64,000 bases of DNA, taken from assembly GCA_013002025.1 (NCBI GenBank), contig JABDKW010000008.1, positions 23,580-87,579 of the forward strand. The letters are read 5' to 3'. Source of the stretch: Gammaproteobacteria bacterium. GTDB taxonomy: Bacteria; Pseudomonadota; Gammaproteobacteria; Arenicellales; Arenicellaceae. Made by a program: the position numbers and the translations under genes. The notes below the pieces were generated by a model. The model saw nothing but the letters and a program-made list of their open reading frames with translations. It did not search any database and was not told the DNA's origin. Positions 9,445-18,950 of this stretch are shown piece after piece. The number at the start of each line of letters is the position of its first letter. Position 1 is the first letter of the stretch.

Positions 9445-10766
9445 GTAATAATCCCCCCAGCAGCAACTTGGATACGCACCGGCGACGCCGTGCAGAGCTG
9501 GTCAACCAGATTGGTACCAATGATATTGTGATCGTCCCCACCAGTTCTGAGCAACCGAGAAATGGTGATGTGGTGTATCAGTTTCGACCAGATAGCGATT
9601 TCTTCTACTTGAGTGGCTTCCCCGAGCCGGAGGCGGTATTGGTGATTTGTCCAGGCCGCCCGCAAGGTGAATATGTGTTGTTTTGCAGAGAGAAAGACGC
9701 GCTGCGCGAGCTTTGGGATGGACGCCGCGCCGGCTTGGAGGGCGCGGTGGGATTATACGGCGCTGACGATGCTTTCCCGATCGAGGATCTCGGCGATATC
9801 CTGCCGGGCATGATGGAAGAGCGCGAAAAAGTGTTCACCAATGTGGGGCGTTACCCAACCTTTGATGCACAGGTTTTGTCATGGCTGACCAAGATCAAGC
9901 AGGAGGCCCGGATTGGCAAACACGCACCCTACGAACTGGTCGACTTGAGTCACCTGCTGCATGAGCAACGCCTATTTAAACGTAAAGCCGAAATTGCCTG
10001 CATGCGTAAGGCTGCCAAGATGTCTGCAGCCGGCCATACCCGTGCAATGCAGGTTTGCCGGCCCGGCATGTATGAGTACCAGGTGCAGGCGGAAATGGAA
10101 TGCGAGTTCCGCAAAGCCGGTAGCCCCTACAATGCCTACCCGTCCATTGTGGCTGGGGGGGATAATGCCTGCATTTTGCACTATACCGAAAATGACCAGA
10201 TCTTGAAGGATGGCGATTTATTGCTGATTGATGCTGGCGCCGAGTATCAATGTTATGCAGCGGATATTAGCCGCACGTTTCCGGTCAACGGCAAATTTTC
10301 CCCCGAGCAGGTCGCGATTTATGAAATTGTGTTGGCGGCTCAGCGGGCCGCATTCGATAAATGCGGCCCGGGGCACACCTGGAACGAACCTCATGATGCT
10401 GCAGTGCAGGTGATTTCTCAGGGCCTGCTGGACGAGGGATTGCTCACGGGCAGCTTGGCTGAAGTACTGGAGTCACAGGCGTATAACCGTTTTTATATGC
10501 ATCGTACGGGGCATTGGCTGGGGATGGATGTACACGATGTCGGCGACTATCAGATTGACGAGCATTGGAGAGAGCTGGAGCCCGGCATGGTGTTTACGGT
10601 CGAGCCCGGTATTTATATCAGTGCGGCCGAGGACGTAGATCGCCGCTGGCATAATATTGGCATCCGCATCGAAGATAATGTTTTGGTTCGTAAAGAGGGG
10701 ATTGAAGTGCTGACCGAGCAGGCACCCAAAACCATTGCGGATATCGAGGCATTAATGGCTGGCTGA
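9441..10766 (+). CDS. pepP: Xaa-Pro aminopeptidase
   Basis: 441 aa with M24 metal-ligand motifs (DAGAEYQCYAADISRTF, HRTGHWLGMDVHD, VEPGIY). Confidence 0.9.
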   Translation: MSNNPPSSNLDTHRRRRAELVNQIGTNDIVIVPTSSEQPRNGDVVYQFRPDSDFFYLSGFPEPEAVLVICPGRPQGEYVLFCREKDALRELWDGRRAGLEGAVGLYGADDAFPIEDLGDILPGMMEEREKVFTNVGRYPTFDAQVLSWLTKIKQEARIGKHAPYELVDLSHLLHEQRLFKRKAEIACMRKAAKMSAAGHTRAMQVCRPGMYEYQVQAEMECEFRKAGSPYNAYPSIVAGGDNACILHYTENDQILKDGDLLLIDAGAEYQCYAADISRTFPVNGKFSPEQVAIYEIVLAAQRAAFDKCGPGHTWNEPHDAAVQVISQGLLDEGLLTGSLAEVLESQAYNRFYMHRTGHWLGMDVHDVGDYQIDEHWRELEPGMVFTVEPGIYISAAEDVDRRWHNIGIRIEDNVLVRKEGIEVLTEQAPKTIADIEALMAG

Positions 10767-10783
10767 TTGGCTGTGCGGCCCCT

Positions 10784-11962
10784 ATGACGCAACAATTCGA
10801 TGTCATTGTAGTCGGCGCCGGCTTGGTCGGTGCATTTTGTGCTCTGAGCCTGGCGCGCGCTAGCGACTTAAAAATTGCCGTGGTTGAACGAGCCGCTCCG
10901 GTGCCGGCCGAGTTTCCGCGTAATCAACGGGTGGTCGCGCTGGGACCTCTGGCCTGTAATTGTTTAGCAGAAGCCGATGTCTGGCGTGGTCAAGAACGGC
11001 ATGTGGCCTATCCCTATCAGGCAATGGCTGTCTGGGATGAGCACAGCGATGGGCAATTGGATTTTGCGGCCGTCGACTATGGCTTAACTGAGTTGGGCCA
11101 TATGGTTGATAGTATCGCCTGTACCCGCTTGCTCCAGCAACAGATGGAGCAACAGAGCAATATCACCAGCTTCTACCAGTTCGATGCCACTGCTTTGCAG
11201 AACTCGCGACGTGGCGCGACATTGATTGGCAAGCAGGAAACACTTTCCGGGCACCTGTTGGTGGCGGCAGATGGCGCGCAATCCTGGGCTCGCAGTCAGG
11301 CGGGTATTTTTAGTCAGCGCACCGCATTTGAGCAGCTCGCCATTGTAACTCGAGTTCGTACGCAGGAATCACATCAGGACACGGCCTGGCAATGCTTTTT
11401 GAGCACGGGCCCGGTGGCCGCTCTGCCACTGGCCGATAACCAGAGCTCCATCGTCTGGTCGTTGGATAAATCCGCCGCTGAGCCGCTGCTCAATGCCAGC
11501 GACAATGAGTTTGCTGATCGTTTAAGTGCCGCACTCGGTCGGCGGCTAGGGGCGGTCAAACTGCGCGCACCAAGGGCCACCTTCGAGTTGAACAGCCAGC
11601 GCGCCGAGCGTTACTTTAACGGTGCTGTAGTGCTGCTGGGCGATGCTGCGCACAGCATTCATCCCCTGGCCGGTCAGGGCGCAAATCTCGGCTTTAAGGA
11701 TGCGCTGCAATTAGTTTCATTATTGCAACACAGTCAGGGCGAGGCACTGGCCGACCCGGTAACACTGGCGCGTTATCAACGCCGACGAAAAACCGACAAT
11801 GAACAAACTGACTGGTTGATGCGCGCCCTGAATCAGGCTTTTCGCGTGGACGTGCCCTGGTGGCAGCTATTGCGTGGTAAGGGCATGAACTTCATATCCG
11901 GTACCGCGCCGATTAAGGCAGCCCTGGCACGTCATGCCATGGGCATCGAGCATCACCAATAA
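10784..11962 (+). CDS. ubiH: FAD-dependent ubiquinone biosynthesis hydroxylase (UbiH-type)
   Basis: FDVIVVGAGLVGA dinucleotide fold and GDAAHSIHPLAGQGANLG. It follows pepP. Confidence 0.8.
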   Translation: MTQQFDVIVVGAGLVGAFCALSLARASDLKIAVVERAAPVPAEFPRNQRVVALGPLACNCLAEADVWRGQERHVAYPYQAMAVWDEHSDGQLDFAAVDYGLTELGHMVDSIACTRLLQQQMEQQSNITSFYQFDATALQNSRRGATLIGKQETLSGHLLVAADGAQSWARSQAGIFSQRTAFEQLAIVTRVRTQESHQDTAWQCFLSTGPVAALPLADNQSSIVWSLDKSAAEPLLNASDNEFADRLSAALGRRLGAVKLRAPRATFELNSQRAERYFNGAVVLLGDAAHSIHPLAGQGANLGFKDALQLVSLLQHSQGEALADPVTLARYQRRRKTDNEQTDWLMRALNQAFRVDVPWWQLLRGKGMNFISGTAPIKAALARHAMGIEHHQ

Positions 11963-12750
11963 ATTGCCAGGCTGTCCGCATAATGCTGCGGATAGTCTTC
12001 GCTGGTGGCAGGGATCAAATCAATACGCGAGGCGTAATTTTCAAGCAGGCGGTGCAGCAGCGCCTGTAACTGCGGAGACTGCAGCACATCAAATAGCTGG
12101 TTCAATATCTGCGGATCAGTAGAGGGGTGAGCCACAATCGCATAATTACTATAGCTGGGGCTTTGGAAAAGCCTGATGTATTTATCTGGTTGACGCCGAT
12201 TCATTCTGCGATATTGCAAGTCGGTAACCACAAAGCCCTCGCAGGCACTGTCATCTGATTGCATTTCCTCATCCACAGAATCAACAACTAACATACTGGC
12301 GGCGTGCATGGACTTGGTGAAGGCCTGATTCACCAGCAAATAATCAAGGTTTAGCGGTCGTCGCGCGCATACGTTGCGGTTTTTCAAATCGTTTAATTCG
12401 AAAACATGGGAATCGCTCCGATGGCTGGCGACGACAAAACGTAACGGTTCGGCGACCCGGGCCAGTGGCACGAAGTTATGCTGATGGATTGCCCAGGCCG
12501 AAAAATGCGGCGCCGCGAGATAGATGCCCGGCATACCGTTACGAATATTCTGCTGGTATCGAGGCCAGTATTTAACTGCATGAGCCTCTATTGAGGCGAG
12601 CCCTGAGCCATTCAATAATGCACCTAGTTCGGCGACCGCTTGCACACCTTGGGCGGTGTCTGCGGGCAGATGCAAGCGCAGCGATGGGTCGGCCGCTGAG
12701 GCCGGCCATGCGACCCCGCAAAGCAGCCAAAAGAGTGTATATATTTTCAT
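11953..12750 (-). CDS. periplasmic protein, possibly a PhnD-like substrate-binding fold
   Basis: Signal peptide MKIYTLFWLLCGVAWPASA from an internal Met. There is no adjacent transporter, and the family assignment is weak. Confidence 0.4.
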   Translation of the reverse strand: MKIYTLFWLLCGVAWPASAADPSLRLHLPADTAQGVQAVAELGALLNGSGLASIEAHAVKYWPRYQQNIRNGMPGIYLAAPHFSAWAIHQHNFVPLARVAEPLRFVVASHRSDSHVFELNDLKNRNVCARRPLNLDYLLVNQAFTKSMHAASMLVVDSVDEEMQSDDSACEGFVVTDLQYRRMNRRQPDKYIRLFQSPSYSNYAIVAHPSTDPQILNQLFDVLQSPQLQALLHRLLENYASRIDLIPATSEDYPQHYADSLAIYW

Positions 12751-12843
12751 CAATCGTATCGTGAACATGCCTATTATTTTAACCGGTACCGGAAAAACTG
12801 GTAGTATGTAGCGCATTCAAAATTCGCCCGTAACGCCCACGCC

Positions 12844-13257
12844 ATGTCGACCAATAAAGATCTCAAAGACGCAGGATTAAAAACCACACTGCCCAGATTG
12901 AGGATTTTATCGATTCTGGAACAGGGCGCAGAACACCACTTCACCGCCGAGGATGTTTATAAGAAATTGCTTGAGGCAGATGAAGAAATAGCGCTGGCGA
13001 CGGTTTATCGTGTATTAACCCAGTTTGAAGATGCGGGATTGGTGCTGCGGCATAACTTTGAAGGTGGGCGAAGCGTGTTTGAATTGGACCGCGGTCAGCA
13101 CCATGATCATATGGTTTGCGTGCAGTGCAATACGGTGACCGAATTTTTCGATCAGGATATTGAAGAACGACAGAAGCGCGTGGCCAGCAAGTATAATTTT
13201 GAATTACAGGATCATAGCCTTTATATGTACGGGCTATGTAGCAATTGTCGTACATAG
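12844..13257 (+). CDS. fur: ferric uptake regulator
   Basis: 137 aa with HHDHMVCVQCNTVTEF and a C-terminal CSNC. Confidence 0.9.
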   Translation: MSTNKDLKDAGLKTTLPRLRILSILEQGAEHHFTAEDVYKKLLEADEEIALATVYRVLTQFEDAGLVLRHNFEGGRSVFELDRGQHHDHMVCVQCNTVTEFFDQDIEERQKRVASKYNFELQDHSLYMYGLCSNCRT

Positions 13258-13314
13258 ATGGACCTTTTTTAAAATCATTGTTGTAGAAAACTAAAAAGTT
13301 ATTTGGAGAAACTG

Positions 13315-13701
13315 ATGAGTAACGCACCTGATGATCTGGTATTTGCAACCTCACACGAATGGGCCCGCCAACTTGGCGATGGCTTGATTGAAGTAGGAAT
13401 CAGCGATCACGCTCAGGAATCACTAGGCGACGTCGTTTATATTGAGCTGCCAGAAGTAGGGCAGAGTGTGGATGCTGGTCAGGAATGTTGTGCTGTAGAG
13501 TCAGTAAAAGCAGCCTCTGACATTTATGCACCGGTATCGGGCGAAGTTGTGGCGGTTAATGAGGAATTGGATAGCACACCGGAATTATTGAACGAGTCCC
13601 CTTATGGCGAAGGCTGGATGTTTCGAATTCAAACCAGTGATAGCGACGAATTATCGCAACTATTAAGTGCTGAAGCCTATCTGGCGCAGCTGGAAGAGTA
13701 G
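13315..13701 (+). CDS. gcvH: glycine cleavage system H protein (lipoyl carrier)
   Basis: MSNAPDDL...[21 protein letters not shown] is collinear with E. coli GcvH. A GGAGA RBS lies 5 nt upstream of the ATG at 13315. Confidence 0.85.
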   Translation: MSNAPDDLVFATSHEWARQLGDGLIEVGISDHAQESLGDVVYIELPEVGQSVDAGQECCAVESVKAASDIYAPVSGEVVAVNEELDSTPELLNESPYGEGWMFRIQTSDSDELSQLLSAEAYLAQLEE

Positions 13702-13730
13702 CGTACTCGACCGCTGCTGGAGAGACCATC

Positions 13731-14669
13731 GTGAATACGCTGATCACCGGGTCATTGGCCTTCGACACTATCATGGTGTTTGAAGATCAATTCAAAAACC
13801 ATATCCTGCCTGAACAAACCCACATCTTGAATGTGTCATTTTTTGCGCCGCAGATGAAGCGCTATATGGGTGGTTGTGCCGGCAATATTGCCTACACGCT
13901 TAAACTTCTGGGCGGCCAACCGATAATTATGGCGACCGTGGGTGATGACTTTGGGTCATATCGAACGCGGCTGCAGGAACTTGGTCTGGATGGTGACCAC
14001 ATTCGTCACATTGAGGGTCAGTTCACTGCGCAGGCTTTTATCACCACCGATATCGATCACAACCAAATTATTGCGTTTCATCCGGGCGCAATGAATTTCG
14101 CACATGAAAATAGCGTGACCGATGCAGATGCAATTGAGCTGGGCATTGTGGCACCGAATGGCCGTGATGCCATGCTGCAGCATTCTCAACAATTCAGCGA
14201 GGCTGGCATTCCATTTTTGTTCGACCCGGGCCAGGGATTGCCTATGTTCGACGGGGACGAGTTATTGGCGTTTATGGAGCAGGCCAATTACGCCATCGTC
14301 AATGATTATGAAAGTCAGATGCTGATGGACAAAACCGGCAGCTCATTTACCAATCTGGCACAACGGGTAGAAGCATTGATCGTGACGCAGGGTGCCAAGG
14401 GTTCCAAGATATACATCGGTGACGACGTGGTTGAAATCGCCAGTGCCCCAATCGAGCGTGCCGAAGACCCGACCGGCTGTGGCGATGCTTATCGGGCCGG
14501 TCTGATGCATGGAATGACAAATAAACTGGATTGGAAAAGCTGTGGTCAGATCGCCAGCCTCTGCGGCGCGATTAAAATTGAACATGCCGGAACGCAAAAC
14601 CACAGTTTTACTGAACCCGAATTTGCCCGCCGGTACCAATCGGCGTACGGCGAAAAATATCCGCTCTGA
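13731..14669 (+). CDS. PfkB-family carbohydrate/nucleoside kinase
   Basis: 312 aa with the DPTGCGDAYRAG anion-hole motif. GTG start. Confidence 0.75.
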   Translation: MNTLITGSLAFDTIMVFEDQFKNHILPEQTHILNVSFFAPQMKRYMGGCAGNIAYTLKLLGGQPIIMATVGDDFGSYRTRLQELGLDGDHIRHIEGQFTAQAFITTDIDHNQIIAFHPGAMNFAHENSVTDADAIELGIVAPNGRDAMLQHSQQFSEAGIPFLFDPGQGLPMFDGDELLAFMEQANYAIVNDYESQMLMDKTGSSFTNLAQRVEALIVTQGAKGSKIYIGDDVVEIASAPIERAEDPTGCGDAYRAGLMHGMTNKLDWKSCGQIASLCGAIKIEHAGTQNHSFTEPEFARRYQSAYGEKYPL

Positions 14670-14695
14670 GCTGTTCTAAGCTGGCGCAATAGCCT

Positions 14696-15484
14696 GTGTT
14701 AGTGCACCCGCAATTTGACCCCGTGGCCATACACTTAGGCCCGCTTGCCATTCATTGGTACGGTTTGATGTATGTATTCGGTTTTCTGAGCGTTTATTTG
14801 CTGCTCAATTACCGGATTCGCAAATGGCCCCAACTGTGTGATGCAAAGTGGCATGCAGAGGCCATCAGCGACCTGATTTTTTATGGTGCCCTGGGTGCAG
14901 TCTTAGGCGGCCGACTAGGTTATGTGTTGTTCTATAAGCCCGCCTACTATCTGGCAAATCCGATAGATATAATTTTTGTAAATCAAGGCGGAATGTCCTT
15001 CCATGGGGGCTTGCTGGGCGTTATCGTTGGGATGGCATTATTCGCACGTAAGTTAAATATGTCTTTCTTTACGGTTGCAGATTTTGTTGCGATTGTGGCA
15101 CCAATTGGTTTGTTTTTTGGCCGCATGGGAAACTTCATCAATCAGGAACTGTGGGGCAAACCGAGTGACCTACCCTGGGCAATGGTGTTTAGCACGGCCG
15201 ATGACCAGCCGCGCCATCCATCGATGCTGTATGAAGCAATGTTGGAAGGCGTTGTCCTCTTTATAGTGTTATGGTGGTTTGCGCGTCAGCCTCGCCACGC
15301 CGGGGCAATATCCGGGCTATTCCTTGTGGGGTACGCGCTGTCACGAATATTGGTGGAATTTGTCAGGGTGCCTGATGCGCATCTTAACTATTTGTTATTT
15401 GACTGGGTGACGATGGGGCATTTGCTAAGCTTGCCCATGTTGTTGGCGGGCCTGTGGCTTATGAGCGGAATCCGCAAAACTTGA
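14696..15484 (+). CDS. lgt: phosphatidylglycerol-prolipoprotein diacylglyceryl transferase
   Basis: HWYGLMY and GRMGNFINQELWG motifs. Confidence 0.9.
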   Translation: MLVHPQFDPVAIHLGPLAIHWYGLMYVFGFLSVYLLLNYRIRKWPQLCDAKWHAEAISDLIFYGALGAVLGGRLGYVLFYKPAYYLANPIDIIFVNQGGMSFHGGLLGVIVGMALFARKLNMSFFTVADFVAIVAPIGLFFGRMGNFINQELWGKPSDLPWAMVFSTADDQPRHPSMLYEAMLEGVVLFIVLWWFARQPRHAGAISGLFLVGYALSRILVEFVRVPDAHLNYLLFDWVTMGHLLSLPMLLAGLWLMSGIRKT

Positions 15485-15505
15485 TATCTATCTACGGTGG
15501 TACCG

Positions 15506-16132
15506 ATGAAACAAATTATCGCTAGTGTAACTCTCTTAATGCTGATCGGCAGTCCTGCTCACGCAATCCAAAAATGTCAGGATTCCGAGGGCAAGTGGCA
15601 CTACGGAGATGCGGCGGTAGAAGATTGCGAGAACTCCAAAATCACTACCTTGAATAATCGGGGAATGGTGGTTGAAACCGAGGCTGCACCAAAGTCAGAA
15701 GAAGAGCTGGCTGCTGAACGGGCCGCCGAACAGGCGGCCGCGGAGCAGGCGGCCTTAGCTGAAGCAGAATTGGAAGAACGCCGCCGAATCTTGAGTATTT
15801 ACGAGACCGAGAAAGACATTCAGCGCCAACTCGACAACCAGATTAACTCTGTGCAAAGTAATATTGAGGTGCAGAAGGCGCACCAGCGCAACTTGTCTAC
15901 GCATATCTCCAACTATAAAACGCAGTTAGCCTCCACCAACTCCGAGGCTTCCAAGCAGAAACTTACTCAGGATATTGCCGATGCCGAGGAGAAAATTGCG
16001 GTCTCCAACAATGAGTTAAAAGAGCTGGAGGCCCAGAAGCGGGCGATTCAAGATAAATTTTTCAAGGAGCGCGAGCTGTATCTGCGCTATAAAAAATCCG
16101 CCAGTTCGGGCGGCTCGCCGAGCCGCGACTAG
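15506..16132 (+). CDS. DUF4124-type secreted coiled-coil protein
   Basis: Signal peptide followed by CQDSEGKWHYGD...C, typical of DUF4124, then a long coiled coil. Confidence 0.55.
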   Translation: MKQIIASVTLLMLIGSPAHAIQKCQDSEGKWHYGDAAVEDCENSKITTLNNRGMVVETEAAPKSEEELAAERAAEQAAAEQAALAEAELEERRRILSIYETEKDIQRQLDNQINSVQSNIEVQKAHQRNLSTHISNYKTQLASTNSEASKQKLTQDIADAEEKIAVSNNELKELEAQKRAIQDKFFKERELYLRYKKSASSGGSPSRD

Positions 16133-16180
16133 ATTACGGCTGCGGCTGCGCCAGCAGCTGAGCAGCGCCGCGGCGATCTC

Positions 16181-17668
16181 GTGTTCAAACCGGGTACCAA
16201 ACAGGGCGTGCTCTTAAGCACCGTCGCAGGTGCAGCTCTGGTCGGTGCATTTGCCCCTTTCTACCTGTGGCCAATAGCGTTTATCTCGCCTGCGATTCTG
16301 TTCTGGTGCTGCCATCAGGCCCGCGTCACTCAAACGTTTTTATATGGGTTTGTATTTGGCTTAGGCATGTTCAGTGCCGGCGTTTCCTGGGTCTACATTT
16401 CCTTGCATACCTATGGCGGCATGCCGTTATGGATGGGTGGCATTGCCGTATTCGGTTTCGCGTCTCTTTTGGCCTTCTTCAGCGGCCTCGTGATGGCGTT
16501 GGCGGCCTGGTTAGGAAAACCTGGTAGCGCGATTCGCTTATTGTTGTTTGTGCCGGCCTGGGTGATGGCAGAGTGGTTACGCAGTTGGATGTTGACCGGC
16601 TTTCCCTGGCTCGAACTGGGCTACAGTCAGACGCCCACGTGGCTATTTGGTTTGGCACCGGTGGGCGGCGTTTATCTGGTGAGCTTCGCAGCCGTGGCCG
16701 TGAGTGCCATGCTGGTGCTGATCGCCTTTTATCCAGCCTACAGGCTTCGTTGCGCGGCGCTATTATTGATCTGGCTGGGCGCCTTTTGGGGGGTTAATAA
16801 ACTGGGCTGGACTGAGCCGGTGGGCGATCAGCTTGGCGTGGGTCTGGTACAGGCCAATGTATCAATTAATGAAAAATGGCAGCCGGAATTTCGCACTGAG
16901 TTAATCGAGACACTGCGGGGCCTTAGCGCGGGCCTAGCACAACAACACGAGGTCGACCTGCTGTTGTGGCCGGAAACAGCCTTACCGTTGTTTGTTAAGC
17001 AAACGGATACGCAATTCTGGCGGACTGTAAAGCCAGCCGGTGTGGCGTTGCTCACCGGGCTGATGGAAGCGCCGCAAGCGGGTCAGATCTATAACGCTGC
17101 CGCTCTGGTGTGTGATGATCAACCGCAAGTTTATCGAAAACGGCATCTGGTCCCATTTGGCGAGTACTTGCCGCTGCGCTTTCTATTTGGCTGGGTGCTG
17201 GATTATTTGAATCTGCCGATGAGCGATTTTTCCGCGGGTGAGGGTGCACAACCACTAAGTTGCGGCGAGCGCATTAACATCGGCTTATCCATTTGTTATG
17301 AAGACGCTTTCGCATCGGAGTATCGCTACTGGGTTGGCGATGCCACGGTGTTAGTCAATATCAGCGAAGACGCCTGGTTTGGTGATTCTCTGGCCCCACA
17401 CCAGCGAGTGCAAATGGCACAAATGCGTGCCCGGGAGTTGGGTCGACCCATGTTAAGAGCGGCAAATTCGGGTCCCTCCGTGGTGATTGATGAACTGGGC
17501 CACGTATTGTCCAGCACTGGCCAGTTCCAGGCGGCCACTTTGTTCGACCGGGTACAGCCCCAGACCGGCGACACTCTCTATAAGCGTTGGGGTAATTGGT
17601 TGGTCTGGTCGTGCGTTCTTATCCTTGCGGTGGCGGGTTTTCAGAAGAGGCGCGCACGGAATTCCTAA
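16181..17668 (+). CDS. lnt: apolipoprotein N-acyltransferase
   Basis: 495 aa with N-terminal TM helices and a nitrilase-like domain carrying WPE and ICYED. Confidence 0.9.
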   Translation: MFKPGTKQGVLLSTVAGAALVGAFAPFYLWPIAFISPAILFWCCHQARVTQTFLYGFVFGLGMFSAGVSWVYISLHTYGGMPLWMGGIAVFGFASLLAFFSGLVMALAAWLGKPGSAIRLLLFVPAWVMAEWLRSWMLTGFPWLELGYSQTPTWLFGLAPVGGVYLVSFAAVAVSAMLVLIAFYPAYRLRCAALLLIWLGAFWGVNKLGWTEPVGDQLGVGLVQANVSINEKWQPEFRTELIETLRGLSAGLAQQHEVDLLLWPETALPLFVKQTDTQFWRTVKPAGVALLTGLMEAPQAGQIYNAAALVCDDQPQVYRKRHLVPFGEYLPLRFLFGWVLDYLNLPMSDFSAGEGAQPLSCGERINIGLSICYEDAFASEYRYWVGDATVLVNISEDAWFGDSLAPHQRVQMAQMRARELGRPMLRAANSGPSVVIDELGHVLSSTGQFQAATLFDRVQPQTGDTLYKRWGNWLVWSCVLILAVAGFQKRRARNS

Positions 17669-17698
17669 CATTAAGGGTTATCGCTCCACAGATTTGCG

Positions 17699-18418
17699 CT
17701 ACAACTCACCCATTTTTTTCAAGGCGCGATCAATGCCGGAAAAATTAGGCCGCTTAATTTGTCTTGGCGCACCGTTGGGTGATCGTTTGGCGCGGGCCGT
17801 AACCGGTCTGTTCTGCCGAGCCTGTAAGGCGCGCGCTTTGCGCGCTGCCAATGCTTGCTCGGCGGTTCCGCCTCGTGCCGAGGGCACTGGGCCATTGGTG
17901 AAAGATATAATCGGCCGGTTGCCGCTTTCAGACTTTTTAATTAGGGGCAGGCTTTCTATCGCGCCATTTCGATTTAGGATGACCTCGCTGGCTCGAATCT
18001 CTTTGACCGATGCTCCAGCGCCCTTAATTGTTTCTCCGACCGAATACAATTCCGAGGCTTTGTTACCAGTTTGAATGATCGCTCTAGCCATAGCAGAATC
18101 GCTGGCCGATAAAATCCCCTGCAGTTTCAGGTTTAAGGTGGTGGTTGGCGCCTGACGCACCACTTGAACAGGAGCGGGGTTGCCGAACAGGTTTGCGGAC
18201 AAGATGTCATTAACCCGATAATTAACCGAATTACTGCGCGCCGGCGCCGCAATGTTCTGTGCTGCATAGTTGGCGCGCACTACCCGCTGATGATCCACCA
18301 CCTGCCAGATAATTGAAACTACTGCCAACAATAGACACAACAGAGCGACCGCCGTGGCTATTTGCACGCCATTACGGCGCCACAGGCGCTGGTTAATTAT
18401 GGTGTTAAGAGACTGCAT
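17699..18418 (-). CDS. type II secretion protein C-like protein (HR domain only, no PDZ)
   Basis: An N-terminal TM helix, then NLKLQGIL...ARAIIQ...LYSVGETI...VKEIRASEVILNRNG, typical of the GspC HR domain. The C-terminus is a basic tail. Confidence 0.5.
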   Translation of the reverse strand: MQSLNTIINQRLWRRNGVQIATAVALLCLLLAVVSIIWQVVDHQRVVRANYAAQNIAAPARSNSVNYRVNDILSANLFGNPAPVQVVRQAPTTTLNLKLQGILSASDSAMARAIIQTGNKASELYSVGETIKGAGASVKEIRASEVILNRNGAIESLPLIKKSESGNRPIISFTNGPVPSARGGTAEQALAARKARALQARQNRPVTARAKRSPNGAPRQIKRPNFSGIDRALKKMGEL

Positions 18419-18511
18419 ACAATATAGTTTAGCTGAAATTGCCAGCCGGCTATACGAAATTGACATAATTGCAACCCAATAGAGGGTTGTACAAAACCTC
18501 GCATCTGGTCA

Positions 18512-18946
18512 ATGAATACAACTGCAATTAAAAACTTGAGCGCTGCTGAATGGCTATGGTTAGTTGAGGGGTATGCAAGGCTATGCTGGGTACGCGCCTG
18601 TCTTCGGTGGGCTGGTGATCAATGGTTAAAATCTCGCTTGCAGTCGACTAATATTGCGCCAGATGATGCCGCAGATGTGGTTGGTTTGCCGCAGCGCAAG
18701 TACGCCGGCATGCACGAATCGATCAGGCTGGCTGCCCGACTACAGGGTTCAAGCGTTGCCTGCCTGCCACGCTCACTGGTGCTGGCCGCAATGTTGCAGC
18801 GCCGAGGTTGCGCCGCGCGCACAGTATTGGGTGTCGCAAAGAACGAAACTGGCATTGCCAGTCATGCCTGGGTGGAAGTTAATGGCCAGCCAGTGTCGGA
18901 GCCAGAGCAGGTGTCACAGGATTTCGCCCGCGTGACGCGCAGTTAG
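18512..18946 (+). CDS. lasso-peptide biosynthesis B2-like protein (transglutaminase-like cysteine protease fold)
   Basis: 144 aa with ...CLPRSLVLAAMLQRRGCAARTVLGV...ASHAWVEVNGQPV, matching the McjB C-terminal/B2 pattern (Cys...His). Confidence 0.6.
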   Translation: MNTTAIKNLSAAEWLWLVEGYARLCWVRACLRWAGDQWLKSRLQSTNIAPDDAADVVGLPQRKYAGMHESIRLAARLQGSSVACLPRSLVLAAMLQRRGCAARTVLGVAKNETGIASHAWVEVNGQPVSEPEQVSQDFARVTRS

Positions 18947-18950
18947 AGCA

